DNA of 26,627 nucleotides from Limisphaerales bacterium (GTDB lineage: Bacteria > Verrucomicrobiota > Verrucomicrobiia > Limisphaerales > JAJOIW01), in assembly GCA_965657355.1 (NCBI GenBank), contig CBFHOE010000001.1:34300-60926 (forward strand), written 5' to 3'. Shown piece by piece: positions 1 through 8,453 of this stretch. Made by a program: the position numbers and the translations under genes. Positions within the stretch are counted from its first letter, which is position 1, and each line of letters opens with the position of its first letter. The notes beneath the pieces are model-generated. The model made no database searches. It had not been told where the DNA came from and was given only the letters and a program-made list of their open reading frames with translations.

Positions 1-1169
1 GGGGTGCCTCTGTAACTGCCAGCTGTGTATGAATTATCGCCTCCTATTGTAACCAGTCCTAATCCGAAATCTTTTACTAATGAATGAAGTTGTTGTAAAT
101 CACTGCGGTTAAAACGGCCCGCTCCGGTATTACTTAAAATAACCGAATCGAAAAACCTTAGCGTCTCAAAATTATTAAAAATATCATCGGGGCTTTTAAC
201 GTCGACTTGGATTTCGCCTTCCGATAATGCTTGGATGAGATTTTGATCAAGCTCTGGTGACTCTGTGACTATAAGTATCGAAGGATCACCTTTAATAAGA
301 GTTTGTCCAAATGATTTATTATTCTGAACAAGAGTATCGAATGGTGCATCCACTTGAACTTCATATTGATAAAATCCGGATTCCTCTAATTGTTCCTCAA
401 AAGTGAATGCATTTTCCCCCTTCTTGAGGGTAATTGTTTCCTCGCCAATAAAACTATTGTTTCGGAAAACCTTCATGGAAGCTTGTTGGTTCATAGGCGA
501 AGTCACAACAGTTTTGAGACTAAATGTCTGCCCTCTTTTCAATTTGTTTGGGAGTTGAATTGGGCGTACGACAACATCCTCTGATTTGTTAGCGCCTACT
601 GGTATAGCGTCTATTGTGATCGCCTGCGTTCTTGCGGCTATGGCCGCCCTTCGTGCATCAGATATGTCTGTATTTCCATCGCTGAGTATGACCAGTTTTT
701 TTTGAGCATTCTCAGGAAAAGCAGCTGTTGCCAATCTGATAGCATTACCTAGTTGAGTATGACTAGGTTCGATAACTGCTTGGAATTTTGACCAATCCAT
801 AGCTGTGTTCGGCATCAGTTCGATTCCAGCATTTTCGCCAAATACAATGACGCCAGCTTTATCCTTAGGACGTTTTTTCTTCACCGCCCGGTTAATATAC
901 TGTCGCGACGCTTCTTGCTGCTCTGGAGGGATTGATAAACTCCTGTCCACAAGGAACAAAACATTCATGTCATCATTTTTAAGTCTCCATTCGAATCCTG
1001 AAATTCCCATTAAAATGACTGAAATGAGAATGGAGCGAAGAGAGCATGCTGTCCATTTTCTAAAACCGGACATAGAAGCATCTGACCTTATTGTCAGCCA
1101 GACCGTCCATCCAATCGCAGGAATCCAAAGCCATAAAAATTGAGGGTGGCTGAAATAAATTTGATTCAT
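1..1169 (-). CDS. Membrane-anchored vWA-domain protein with a downstream Ig-like and GATase-like region (partial, runs off the left edge; not in the ORF track)
   Basis: Manual translation from the ATG at 1169, which forms an ATGA overlap with the stop of the upstream gene: MNQIYFSHPQFLWLWIPAIGW...NVLFLVDRSLS (MIDAS DxSxS)...AGVIVFG...KKLVILSDGN...DTLVQNN...FDSVILSN...GLVTIGGDNSYTAGSYRGT. The frame is open to position 1. Confidence 0.88.
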   Translation of the reverse strand, partial: MNQIYFSHPQFLWLWIPAIGWTVWLTIRSDASMSGFRKWTACSLRSILISVILMGISGFEWRLKNDDMNVLFLVDRSLSIPPEQQEASRQYINRAVKKKRPKDKAGVIVFGENAGIELMPNTAMDWSKFQAVIEPSHTQLGNAIRLATAAFPENAQKKLVILSDGNTDISDARRAAIAARTQAITIDAIPVGANKSEDVVVRPIQLPNKLKRGQTFSLKTVVTSPMNQQASMKVFRNNSFIGEETITLKKGENAFTFEEQLEESGFYQYEVQVDAPFDTLVQNNKSFGQTLIKGDPSILIVTESPELDQNLIQALSEGEIQVDVKSPDDIFNNFETLRFFDSVILSNTGAGRFNRSDLQQLHSLVKDFGLGLVTIGGDNSYTAGSYRGT

Positions 1170-3544
1170 TTTCCTGTCAATTTCCAATTTTTGGGGCGAA
1201 CGAGTTTCTGGACTCTATGATTCATGGAATCGGCGACATAAAGATTTTCCTTTGAATCAAAAGTGATCATCCAAGGGTTGAAGAATTCTCCAGGATTATT
1301 TCCCTGTTTTCCAACAGTTTCGATGAAATTCCAATCGGAGTCGAATATTTGAATTCTTGAATTCCCATATTCGCAGACATAGACATTGCCCTTGTGGTCG
1401 ACCTTAACATCATAAGGGTAACTAAATTGATGCGAATTCGAGCCAGGAGATCCATGAGACTCAAGAAATTCTCCAGTCGAAGTGAAAACCTGTATCCTAT
1501 GGTTACAAGAATCAGCGACAAGAATCCGTCCCTTGCTGTCAAAAGTAAGGCCCTCAGGACGGTCAAATTCTCCGTTCTCGATTCCTTTTTTACCAATGGA
1601 TCGATTTGCATACGATCCATCTTTATTAAACCACTGAATTCTGTCGTGCCCCCCGAACTCGCAAAGTATGAATTGTTTGTTTTTTGTTTTAACTATATTT
1701 CTAACAAGATCTAATTTTCCTGGCTGTTTGCCTTGAGTTCCCCACTTATAAATCAATTCTCCATTTTTTTTGTAATGGTTGATTCTGGAGTAGTGGGGTT
1801 CAATGACGATTATATTTCCATCAAAATCAATATTCATTCCTTTTGGTCGCCCTAATGTCACATCCTCGATTTGCCATAATAGAATGAAATCGCCATTTGA
1901 AGAAAATCTTTGAATCCTTCCAGTCATATCAGACACAAACAATTCATCATCCCAAGATACTGTGACTGATCTAGGCTTTTGAAAAAAACCCGGAGCATTA
2001 CCCCTTGCTCCAATAATTTCTATAGATGAAAAAAGTTTGCTTTTTTGAAGTTGATTCTTTGTTTCAATATGATCCTGTGATCCTGATTCAGAAACATTAC
2101 AACCGGAAAGCAATAGTCCCAATAAAATGAGTGATTGGGAAAAAAAGGACTTCTTCTTTAATTTATATAATTTTAAGTTTTCAAATCGGCTGATTAAAAA
2201 AACAATGAGCGCGATGAATATAGCTATACAAATTAAGGCAACACAAATCCCTGAAACCTGATCGTTGTGTCCGTAGTGTAGCAGGTTGAATGTCCTTATC
2301 GATGCCGTTTCTCCATTAGGAGGCACGAAAAGAATGAAGGTCTCAACGTCCCATAGTATCAGTGGTAACATTGCCATTGTTATGTATGGCGCAACATACT
2401 TCAAAATTGGCCAATTCAGCAGAGCGAGCGATTGCCACTTTGAGCATCGAAGTAGACGAAAGTAATGTTCTTGGCTCAGATTTTCCTCTTGTACTTTTAT
2501 TATTCTAAATAAATAGAGAGCCAATGGTAATACTTTAAGTCCTGTAGCGATTAAAACGATCTCAATGCCCGGGGTATAAAATTTTGAGACAAATGGCAAA
2601 TTTAGAATGTATGTGAGAATTAGGCCAATACATATCCCGGGGATAAACCAAATTAACCAAAGGTATTTTGTGATTTTACACCTGCTAAATGTAACGCCGG
2701 CCAAGCAAAGTAAAAAAGATAAAGACAGTCCAATATAAAAAGTATTCTTTAATGAGGCAGAGTTAGCTTTTACGGATGAAATAATGGATTGTGCATCTCC
2801 TAAGTTTAGGATGATTTGCAAGATTCCGAAATAAGAGGTAATACAAAGAATGAGAATTGAAGTGATACACAAAGCACTTGAAATGTGCCAGCCTAATACG
2901 TTTCGCCAGGTTTTCCAATGCGAGTAAAGGCAACGGTTTACCTTATTTAATTTAGTCTTCTGAATAAATATCAGGTAGATAATAACTGAGATAATGGAAT
3001 GTATTATCGCCGGAATCCAGATTTTTCCGGCCTCTAGACTTGCGCTGAATGTTATCCAAATCTGTGACGCGAAAACTTTTTGATTGAAAAGTGAAGGGAT
3101 TGTGAAGGAAGACCATGTATAAGCAAAAATTAATAAGCTGGCACTTAAAAATCCTGGCTTGGTCATGGGAATAAAAAGTTTGGTTATAAATAAAAAATGC
3201 CGCATACCTGTGCCATAAATCCTTTGAATATGTTCATTGTTTCTCCAGGATGCATTAATCAGAAAATATGCAATTTGCCATTGGCTCATAGCCATGACAA
3301 ATAAGCAGGATGCTTTGGAGAGAGGTGATATTCCCCAAATGGGTTCCTGTATGGTTCTCATCCATGACTCCACATATAGGAATGGTGGCGTCACCCAAAG
3401 AATGAGTGACATTATGTCTAAAATATGGCGCCCACTTTGAGGAAGCAGTAATCTGAAAATGGATACGTTGAGTCCAACTACAACACAAATAATTGTGGTT
3501 GATAAAGATAGGATTAAGCTATTGTTTAGGAGTTGGAGATCCAT
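1166..3544 (-). CDS. Fusion protein: FbpB/ThiP-like duplicated ABC permease (aa ~1-455), internal lipobox segment, and a 6-bladed NHL-repeat beta-propeller (aa ~505-785)
   Basis: Multiple hydrophobic helices with permease-like motifs (LLNNSLILS, TPPF, IPGICIG, PPNGETASIRTFNLLHYG). KLKKKS...LLLSGC lies at aa 461-482. Six NHL-like repeats follow, e.g. GEFDRPEGLTFDSKGRILVADSCNHRIQVF and GEFFNPWMITFDSKENLYVADSMNHRVQKL. Confidence 0.85.
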   Translation of the reverse strand: MDLQLLNNSLILSLSTTIICVVVGLNVSIFRLLLPQSGRHILDIMSLILWVTPPFLYVESWMRTIQEPIWGISPLSKASCLFVMAMSQWQIAYFLINASWRNNEHIQRIYGTGMRHFLFITKLFIPMTKPGFLSASLLIFAYTWSSFTIPSLFNQKVFASQIWITFSASLEAGKIWIPAIIHSIISVIIYLIFIQKTKLNKVNRCLYSHWKTWRNVLGWHISSALCITSILILCITSYFGILQIILNLGDAQSIISSVKANSASLKNTFYIGLSLSFLLCLAGVTFSRCKITKYLWLIWFIPGICIGLILTYILNLPFVSKFYTPGIEIVLIATGLKVLPLALYLFRIIKVQEENLSQEHYFRLLRCSKWQSLALLNWPILKYVAPYITMAMLPLILWDVETFILFVPPNGETASIRTFNLLHYGHNDQVSGICVALICIAIFIALIVFLISRFENLKLYKLKKKSFFSQSLILLGLLLSGCNVSESGSQDHIETKNQLQKSKLFSSIEIIGARGNAPGFFQKPRSVTVSWDDELFVSDMTGRIQRFSSNGDFILLWQIEDVTLGRPKGMNIDFDGNIIVIEPHYSRINHYKKNGELIYKWGTQGKQPGKLDLVRNIVKTKNKQFILCEFGGHDRIQWFNKDGSYANRSIGKKGIENGEFDRPEGLTFDSKGRILVADSCNHRIQVFTSTGEFLESHGSPGSNSHQFSYPYDVKVDHKGNVYVCEYGNSRIQIFDSDWNFIETVGKQGNNPGEFFNPWMITFDSKENLYVADSMNHRVQKLVRPKNWKLTGK

Positions 3545-3553
3545 TTACTTTTG

Positions 3554-4486
3554 TTATCTAGCGAAGAGCGATTCTAAATAATTTTGAAATTCATTTAATC
3601 CTTCTATGATTTCTTTCCATTGATCTTGGGAGAATTCACTGCTTTCTTTTTGATTCTTAGGTGCCCCTTCAGCAGCTCCGGCGTTTACTAACGATTGGTT
3701 TGTCTTATGAGATCTTAGATATTCAATAAGGATTTGAGCCTCTTCTTGATTTGGTGAATCAGCGACTGCGGCCAGTGTATTGTAGATTGTCATACCAGAT
3801 TCTGAATCCGATACTGAGTGGATAGGGAACCCTGATTTTTTGCCGACCAAAACATCGTCATAATCTGAAATTCCAATCGCTTTTTGGCCAGCCCCAACAA
3901 GCTTTACTACATGAGAATTGCCGTCAACCACGTGAGGGGCATTAGATTTGAGCTGGAGGCAAAAATTTTTCCATTTTTCTTCTCCCCATTTAACTCTAAG
4001 TCCTTGAAAGTGGTTTCCTGTGGTTCCAAATAATGGATAGGCCATACAAATTTGATTTTGATACCTGGGATTAGCAAATTCTGCAAAAGATTTTGGAGCT
4101 TTCGAAATGCTTACAAGGTTCGTGTTTATGACTACATGCCTTGTTCTAAAAACGGTTGTATATACTGGTTTATTCAAAATTCCTTTCTGGGCCAGTTGAC
4201 GAGTTTTTAATTCTTCATTACTCCAAAAAACATCACACTTTGGCCTTTTGGCCTCAAGAATTAGTCTCTGTGCCAAGCCAACCGTTTTCATGATTTCGCT
4301 ATCATAAACAGCTAATACTTTGATGCCCGTAGATCTTTCAAAATCATCTAATATAGGTTTGGCGTAAGTGGCATCTTGAGAAGTATAGATGACCACTTGT
4401 TTTTTATTGCTCGATTGCCCACAACCAGATACCAGAAAGGTCATTGCAAGAATGATTAAAAGTGCTTTTTGATAATTCCTGATCAT
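3554..4486 (-). CDS. ABC transporter substrate-binding lipoprotein, FbpA/AfuA (Fe3+/thiamine/polyamine-type) family
   Basis: Start reassigned to the ATG at 4486 (MIRNYQKALLIILAMTFLVSGC, signal peptide plus lipobox). Family-like motifs VVIYTSQD, DDFERSTGIKV and RLILEAKRPKCDVFWS. The longer ORF-track start overlaps the upstream gene by 161 bp. Confidence 0.85.
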   Translation of the reverse strand: MIRNYQKALLIILAMTFLVSGCGQSSNKKQVVIYTSQDATYAKPILDDFERSTGIKVLAVYDSEIMKTVGLAQRLILEAKRPKCDVFWSNEELKTRQLAQKGILNKPVYTTVFRTRHVVINTNLVSISKAPKSFAEFANPRYQNQICMAYPLFGTTGNHFQGLRVKWGEEKWKNFCLQLKSNAPHVVDGNSHVVKLVGAGQKAIGISDYDDVLVGKKSGFPIHSVSDSESGMTIYNTLAAVADSPNQEEAQILIEYLRSHKTNQSLVNAGAAEGAPKNQKESSEFSQDQWKEIIEGLNEFQNYLESLFAR

Positions 4487-4493
4487 TTCTAAA

Positions 4494-6380
4494 CTAGACT
4501 GTGCGTTTATGAAAATACCACCATTCAAAACCGAAAAAGATAAAAACAGCGAGAGCGAGCCACCTCCAAATTTCCATTTGCGCTGTCGCAACACTTGAAC
4601 TTGGGATGGTAGTAACATCCCCCAGCTCAAGGCTCGATGCGGGCGTAATGTCACTCTCTGACCCGTGCTGTGCGTTAACAGCTACCTCCACAGAATCAAT
4701 TCCAAAATTTATTTCATAGACCCCTTGAATTTCTGTTTGGCTTAAATAAATTTGGCTCGTGTCCTCATCGAATTCCAGATCGACGCGGTCACCATTTGGA
4801 AGCAAAGCTGTGGTAGATTGGATTTCAGAGCCGGAATCAATACGAAATTCGATATTGTCTCCTGTGCGCTTATTAAAATTACTTTTCTCACTCGAACGAG
4901 AGCTAAGCCAATTTATAGCATTGGTAATAAAAATGGGAAACGAGACTTCTCTCGGCCAGCTAGATTCTAGTAAATCAAAACCTATCCAAAGTTGTTTCGT
5001 TCCATTTATCTCTCCTTCAAAAACCAGTGGTGTTTCGGTTGCTTGTAAGATTGTACTTCCCCAGTATGGTAATTTTACTTTCTGCGAACGCGCTATAAGG
5101 ATCTGATCTAATGAGACAAAGCGAAAGACCGGGTGCGTTTGGTTGTAAGATGTGGCGATTGGGGCTTCAATTACGCTTGTATTATTAAACCATGAGACAG
5201 GTTGGGTGTTTATCCATAAGCAGTGATTATTTTTGAATTCTGTGGGAGGTGAAACTCTGTCCACGACAATGGTGTCAAATTTTGTTTCTAGTTTTTTCGG
5301 GAAAGATTTTTCGATCGTCAGTTCGACTCCCTCAATTCCACTGATGGCTTTTTCCAAAAATGCATTACCGGGTGAAACCATCAAAACTTTTACAGCAGAA
5401 GGTAATTTACTTATAATCCACGATTTGTTGTCGACTTGTAAGTCATCGTCACAACTTAGTTGTATTTCATATTTTCCATTTTTCTCCTGCCGAACATTAA
5501 ATATTGACTGACCAGATGCCTTGGGATCTAGCTCTAATGCTTTATTTCCAATTTCCGATCCTTCAAACGAGACACTGAGAATCCCGTAGGTCTTATTGGT
5601 TGAAAAATTTTTCACTTCAACAAATAGGGATTGTAGTTTTGGGTCGATGGCAGACGAGCGGATGTCAGTCGATGTAATGGCTAAATTAGTTCCACTCACC
5701 CCAATCGGGTAGTATGATATAGGGAGATTTTTTGTTGCGAGTTCCTCTAGGCTTCCTAACCCTCCATCACTGAATAGATGAATTCGTGCTCCGGGTATAA
5801 AGGAAAATCCCTCTTCAGAATTTATAGTGGCTGTTGGATTTTTTATGAGGCTTTCAGCTAATTGAAACGCTTCATCAACAGAGGCCGGGCCGTGGCTTGG
5901 TTTTAAATTATCCAGGGCGGATATGAGTAGTGATTGCTGAGTTGTCGTCGTTTGAGCAATTTCAGTCGTTGACCCCATTCTCACCAAAATCGCACGTGCT
6001 CCAGGTTCCAGGCTTTCGATAAGCTTTTTGGCGTCCAATTTTGATTGCTCAAATCTATTTGGTCTGACATCTGTGCTCAGCATACTCGCTGAAGCATCAA
6101 TAATGACGACGTTTAGACCATACATTGTTTGTTTACCCTCAAAGAATGGCCTTGTAAGAGCTAATACAATTAGTAATGCCAAAAGCATCTGGATGAACAT
6201 AAGTATATGTTTCCGTAATTTTTGAAATGGTGAGTTCGCTTGGGTTTCAGATAAAAATCGATCCCACAAAATTGTAGAAGATATGCGGTGTTCTACTCTT
6301 TTCTTTTTGAGAATGTAGAACAATAAAATGACCAGCAGAGATATTGTAAAAATAAATGCTCCGGGCGCTAGAAACTTCAT
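4494..6380 (-). CDS. BatA-like N-terminal double-TM vWA-domain protein with a C-terminal TM anchor
   Basis: N-terminus LLFYILKKKRVEHRISSTILW...LALTRP (BatA-like). MIDAS motif VIIDASASM, plus IHLFSDG and DDLQVDN. C-terminal ESDI...EIWRWLAL...FEWWYF. Confidence 0.88.
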   Translation of the reverse strand: MKFLAPGAFIFTISLLVILLFYILKKKRVEHRISSTILWDRFLSETQANSPFQKLRKHILMFIQMLLALLIVLALTRPFFEGKQTMYGLNVVIIDASASMLSTDVRPNRFEQSKLDAKKLIESLEPGARAILVRMGSTTEIAQTTTTQQSLLISALDNLKPSHGPASVDEAFQLAESLIKNPTATINSEEGFSFIPGARIHLFSDGGLGSLEELATKNLPISYYPIGVSGTNLAITSTDIRSSAIDPKLQSLFVEVKNFSTNKTYGILSVSFEGSEIGNKALELDPKASGQSIFNVRQEKNGKYEIQLSCDDDLQVDNKSWIISKLPSAVKVLMVSPGNAFLEKAISGIEGVELTIEKSFPKKLETKFDTIVVDRVSPPTEFKNNHCLWINTQPVSWFNNTSVIEAPIATSYNQTHPVFRFVSLDQILIARSQKVKLPYWGSTILQATETPLVFEGEINGTKQLWIGFDLLESSWPREVSFPIFITNAINWLSSRSSEKSNFNKRTGDNIEFRIDSGSEIQSTTALLPNGDRVDLEFDEDTSQIYLSQTEIQGVYEINFGIDSVEVAVNAQHGSESDITPASSLELGDVTTIPSSSVATAQMEIWRWLALAVFIFFGFEWWYFHKRTV

Positions 6381-7291
6381 CCTATGACTCCTGCCTGTCT
6401 TAACTTATAAAATAAAAATTTATCTAAATCCTGATCAGATTGGCATCGTATATATTCGGAACCTGTTTTTTGCGCGGCCTCAGAAATTTGCGCACAAAAT
6501 CCACTGAGCATTTTTTGATAAGCCTTCATTCGGGCTTTGCCGAATGATACCTCTTGAGCCGCTCCTGATTCAGAGTCTACGAGTTTCAAATCTCCTTTAA
6601 AATCGGGGTGGGTTTCTTGGGGGCTGAGAATGTGGATGAGGATGAGGGAGTGCCCGACACCAGCCAGTTTTTTCAGGGATTCAAGGAAAGCGGGTGGCTC
6701 CATGAAGTCGCTAAGAATAAATACAGCTCCTTTTGGGCCGCGCGTAGAAGCTATCCTATTTATACAACTATCGAGACTTCCATTTCCCCCAAAATTGATA
6801 TTCTGCAAAGATCTAAGAAATGCTAAGCCATGACCTTTTCCACGCAGATTTTTAATTTGGTTATGAGTCTTCTGTGGGCAGTTTTCGGGCGGGAAAATTT
6901 CTACTTGTAGGCGATCAAAATTTGCGAGGGTGAGATAACCCAGCGCAGCACATAATGATTTAGCATAATCAAATTTTTTAGGTTCACCAAATCCCATGGA
7001 CTCAGAGGAGTCGAGAATAATTTTTACAGGGAATTCTCTTTCCTCTTCGTATAGTTTTACGAAGAGTTTATCAAGTCGCCCGAACAGGTTCCAATCGAGA
7101 TATCTTAAGTCATCTCCCGGAGAGTAATTTCGATAGTCTGCAAATTCAACAGACTGCCCCCTGGAGTTGCTGAGGCGCTCTCCTTTGAGGGAGCTTTTAG
7201 TCCTCTTTATAGTGACGAGTTCCAGCTGTTCCAACTTTCTAAGTGTCTTACCTGACAAAATAGAAGGCGTATGAGAAGGATCCGTCGGCAT
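6377..7291 (-). CDS. DUF58 family protein (vWA-like, MoxR partner)
   Basis: GQSVEFADYRNYSPGDDLRYLDWN motif, ILDSSESM (MIDAS-like) and ILSDF. Lies directly downstream of moxR. Confidence 0.92.
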   Translation of the reverse strand: MPTDPSHTPSILSGKTLRKLEQLELVTIKRTKSSLKGERLSNSRGQSVEFADYRNYSPGDDLRYLDWNLFGRLDKLFVKLYEEEREFPVKIILDSSESMGFGEPKKFDYAKSLCAALGYLTLANFDRLQVEIFPPENCPQKTHNQIKNLRGKGHGLAFLRSLQNINFGGNGSLDSCINRIASTRGPKGAVFILSDFMEPPAFLESLKKLAGVGHSLILIHILSPQETHPDFKGDLKLVDSESGAAQEVSFGKARMKAYQKMLSGFCAQISEAAQKTGSEYIRCQSDQDLDKFLFYKLRQAGVIG

Positions 7292-7310
7292 AGTTTAAGT
7301 TTTTTAAACC

Positions 7311-8327
7311 TTAATTCTGATTGGAAACAGGCGCAGGAGATTCTGAAGCTTTTGGGGTTGTTTTTAAAATCTCATCAATAATTATGTCAGGGTTGATGTC
7401 CTCAGCTTCGGCCTCGAAATTTAGGATCATTCTGTGTCTTAGTGCTGGCTTGGCGACAGCTTGAATGTCTTCAAAACTCACATTAAATCTTCCCATGACT
7501 AGAGCTCGAACTTTTGCCGCTAAAATTAATGTCTGTGCTCCTCTTGGACTACTACCAAATTTTAGGAATTGATTAGCCATTGGGGAAGAGAATTCGGATT
7601 GAGGATGTGTCGCCATGACAATTCTTACGGCGTAGTCTTTAACCTGAGTTGATATCGGGACCTCTACAACCAATTTTTGCATTTCGATAATTGTTTGTTT
7701 GCCTCCAATTTTAAGTAGCTCAATACGCTGCGGTTCTGTCGTTCGGCTGATGACTTCGTTCATTTCATCTCTGCTTGGATAACCGACAACCAATTTGAAA
7801 AAGAAACGGTCAAGCTGGGCTTCTGGTAAAGGGTAAGTCCCCTCTTGGTCAATTGGGTTCTGAGTTGCCAGGACAAAAAATGGAGCATCAAGCTTACGGA
7901 TCTGTCCGCCTGCTGTGACATTCTTTTCTTGCATGGCTTCTAGCATAGCTGATTGGGTTTTGGGAGTCGTTCTATTGATCTCATCAGCCAGTAGAATATT
8001 TGAAAAAATAGGGCCTTTTTGGAATTCAAAAGATCTTCCTCCATCTGGATTATCAACTACAATATTAGTCCCGAGTATATCTGCAGGCATAAGGTCCGGA
8101 GTGAATTGGATTCGATTAAACGGTAAACCCATGACTTGGCTTAGAGTTCTAATAAGAAGGGTTTTTCCTAGTCCAGGTACACCTTCCAGGAGTACGTGGC
8201 CTCCCGCCATAATTGAAAATAACGTCCCTTCAATGACGTCTTTATGGCCAACGATTACTTTTTCTATTTCTTGGGAAATTTGGGTAAATGCCACCCTGAA
8301 TTTTTGTATCCGATCTTCGGTTTCCAT
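7311..8327 (-). CDS. moxR: MoxR family AAA+ ATPase
   Basis: Walker A GVPGLGKT, RIQFTPDLMPAD, Walker B LLADEINR, ATQNP, YPLPEAQLDRF, GSSPRG and LRHR. Confidence 0.96.
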   Translation of the reverse strand: METEDRIQKFRVAFTQISQEIEKVIVGHKDVIEGTLFSIMAGGHVLLEGVPGLGKTLLIRTLSQVMGLPFNRIQFTPDLMPADILGTNIVVDNPDGGRSFEFQKGPIFSNILLADEINRTTPKTQSAMLEAMQEKNVTAGGQIRKLDAPFFVLATQNPIDQEGTYPLPEAQLDRFFFKLVVGYPSRDEMNEVISRTTEPQRIELLKIGGKQTIIEMQKLVVEVPISTQVKDYAVRIVMATHPQSEFSSPMANQFLKFGSSPRGAQTLILAAKVRALVMGRFNVSFEDIQAVAKPALRHRMILNFEAEAEDINPDIIIDEILKTTPKASESPAPVSNQN

Positions 8328-8348
8328 TGCTCTTTTTGATATAAAGAA

Positions 8349-8377
8349 ATATTATCATCACACTCAATGGCTAGCAA
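8349..8377 (-). promoter_or_regulatory. Possible internal sigma70-type promoter upstream of moxR
   Basis: Minus strand TTGCTA-N17-TAATAT with a TGn extended -10, in the 126-bp gap and about 20 nt before the moxR ATG. Confidence 0.3.
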
Positions 8378-8453
8378 TAAAAGTCATTCTAAACGAATGG
8401 TTTATTGCACTCTTATTTGCTGCCTTTTCAAACAAATTGAAGTTTAGAAAAGT

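Noticed and set aside
4487..4654. 56-aa N-terminal extension of the SBP given by the ORF track
   Set aside because: It overlaps the 3' end of the vWA gene. A clean signal peptide and lipobox begin at the ATG at 4486.
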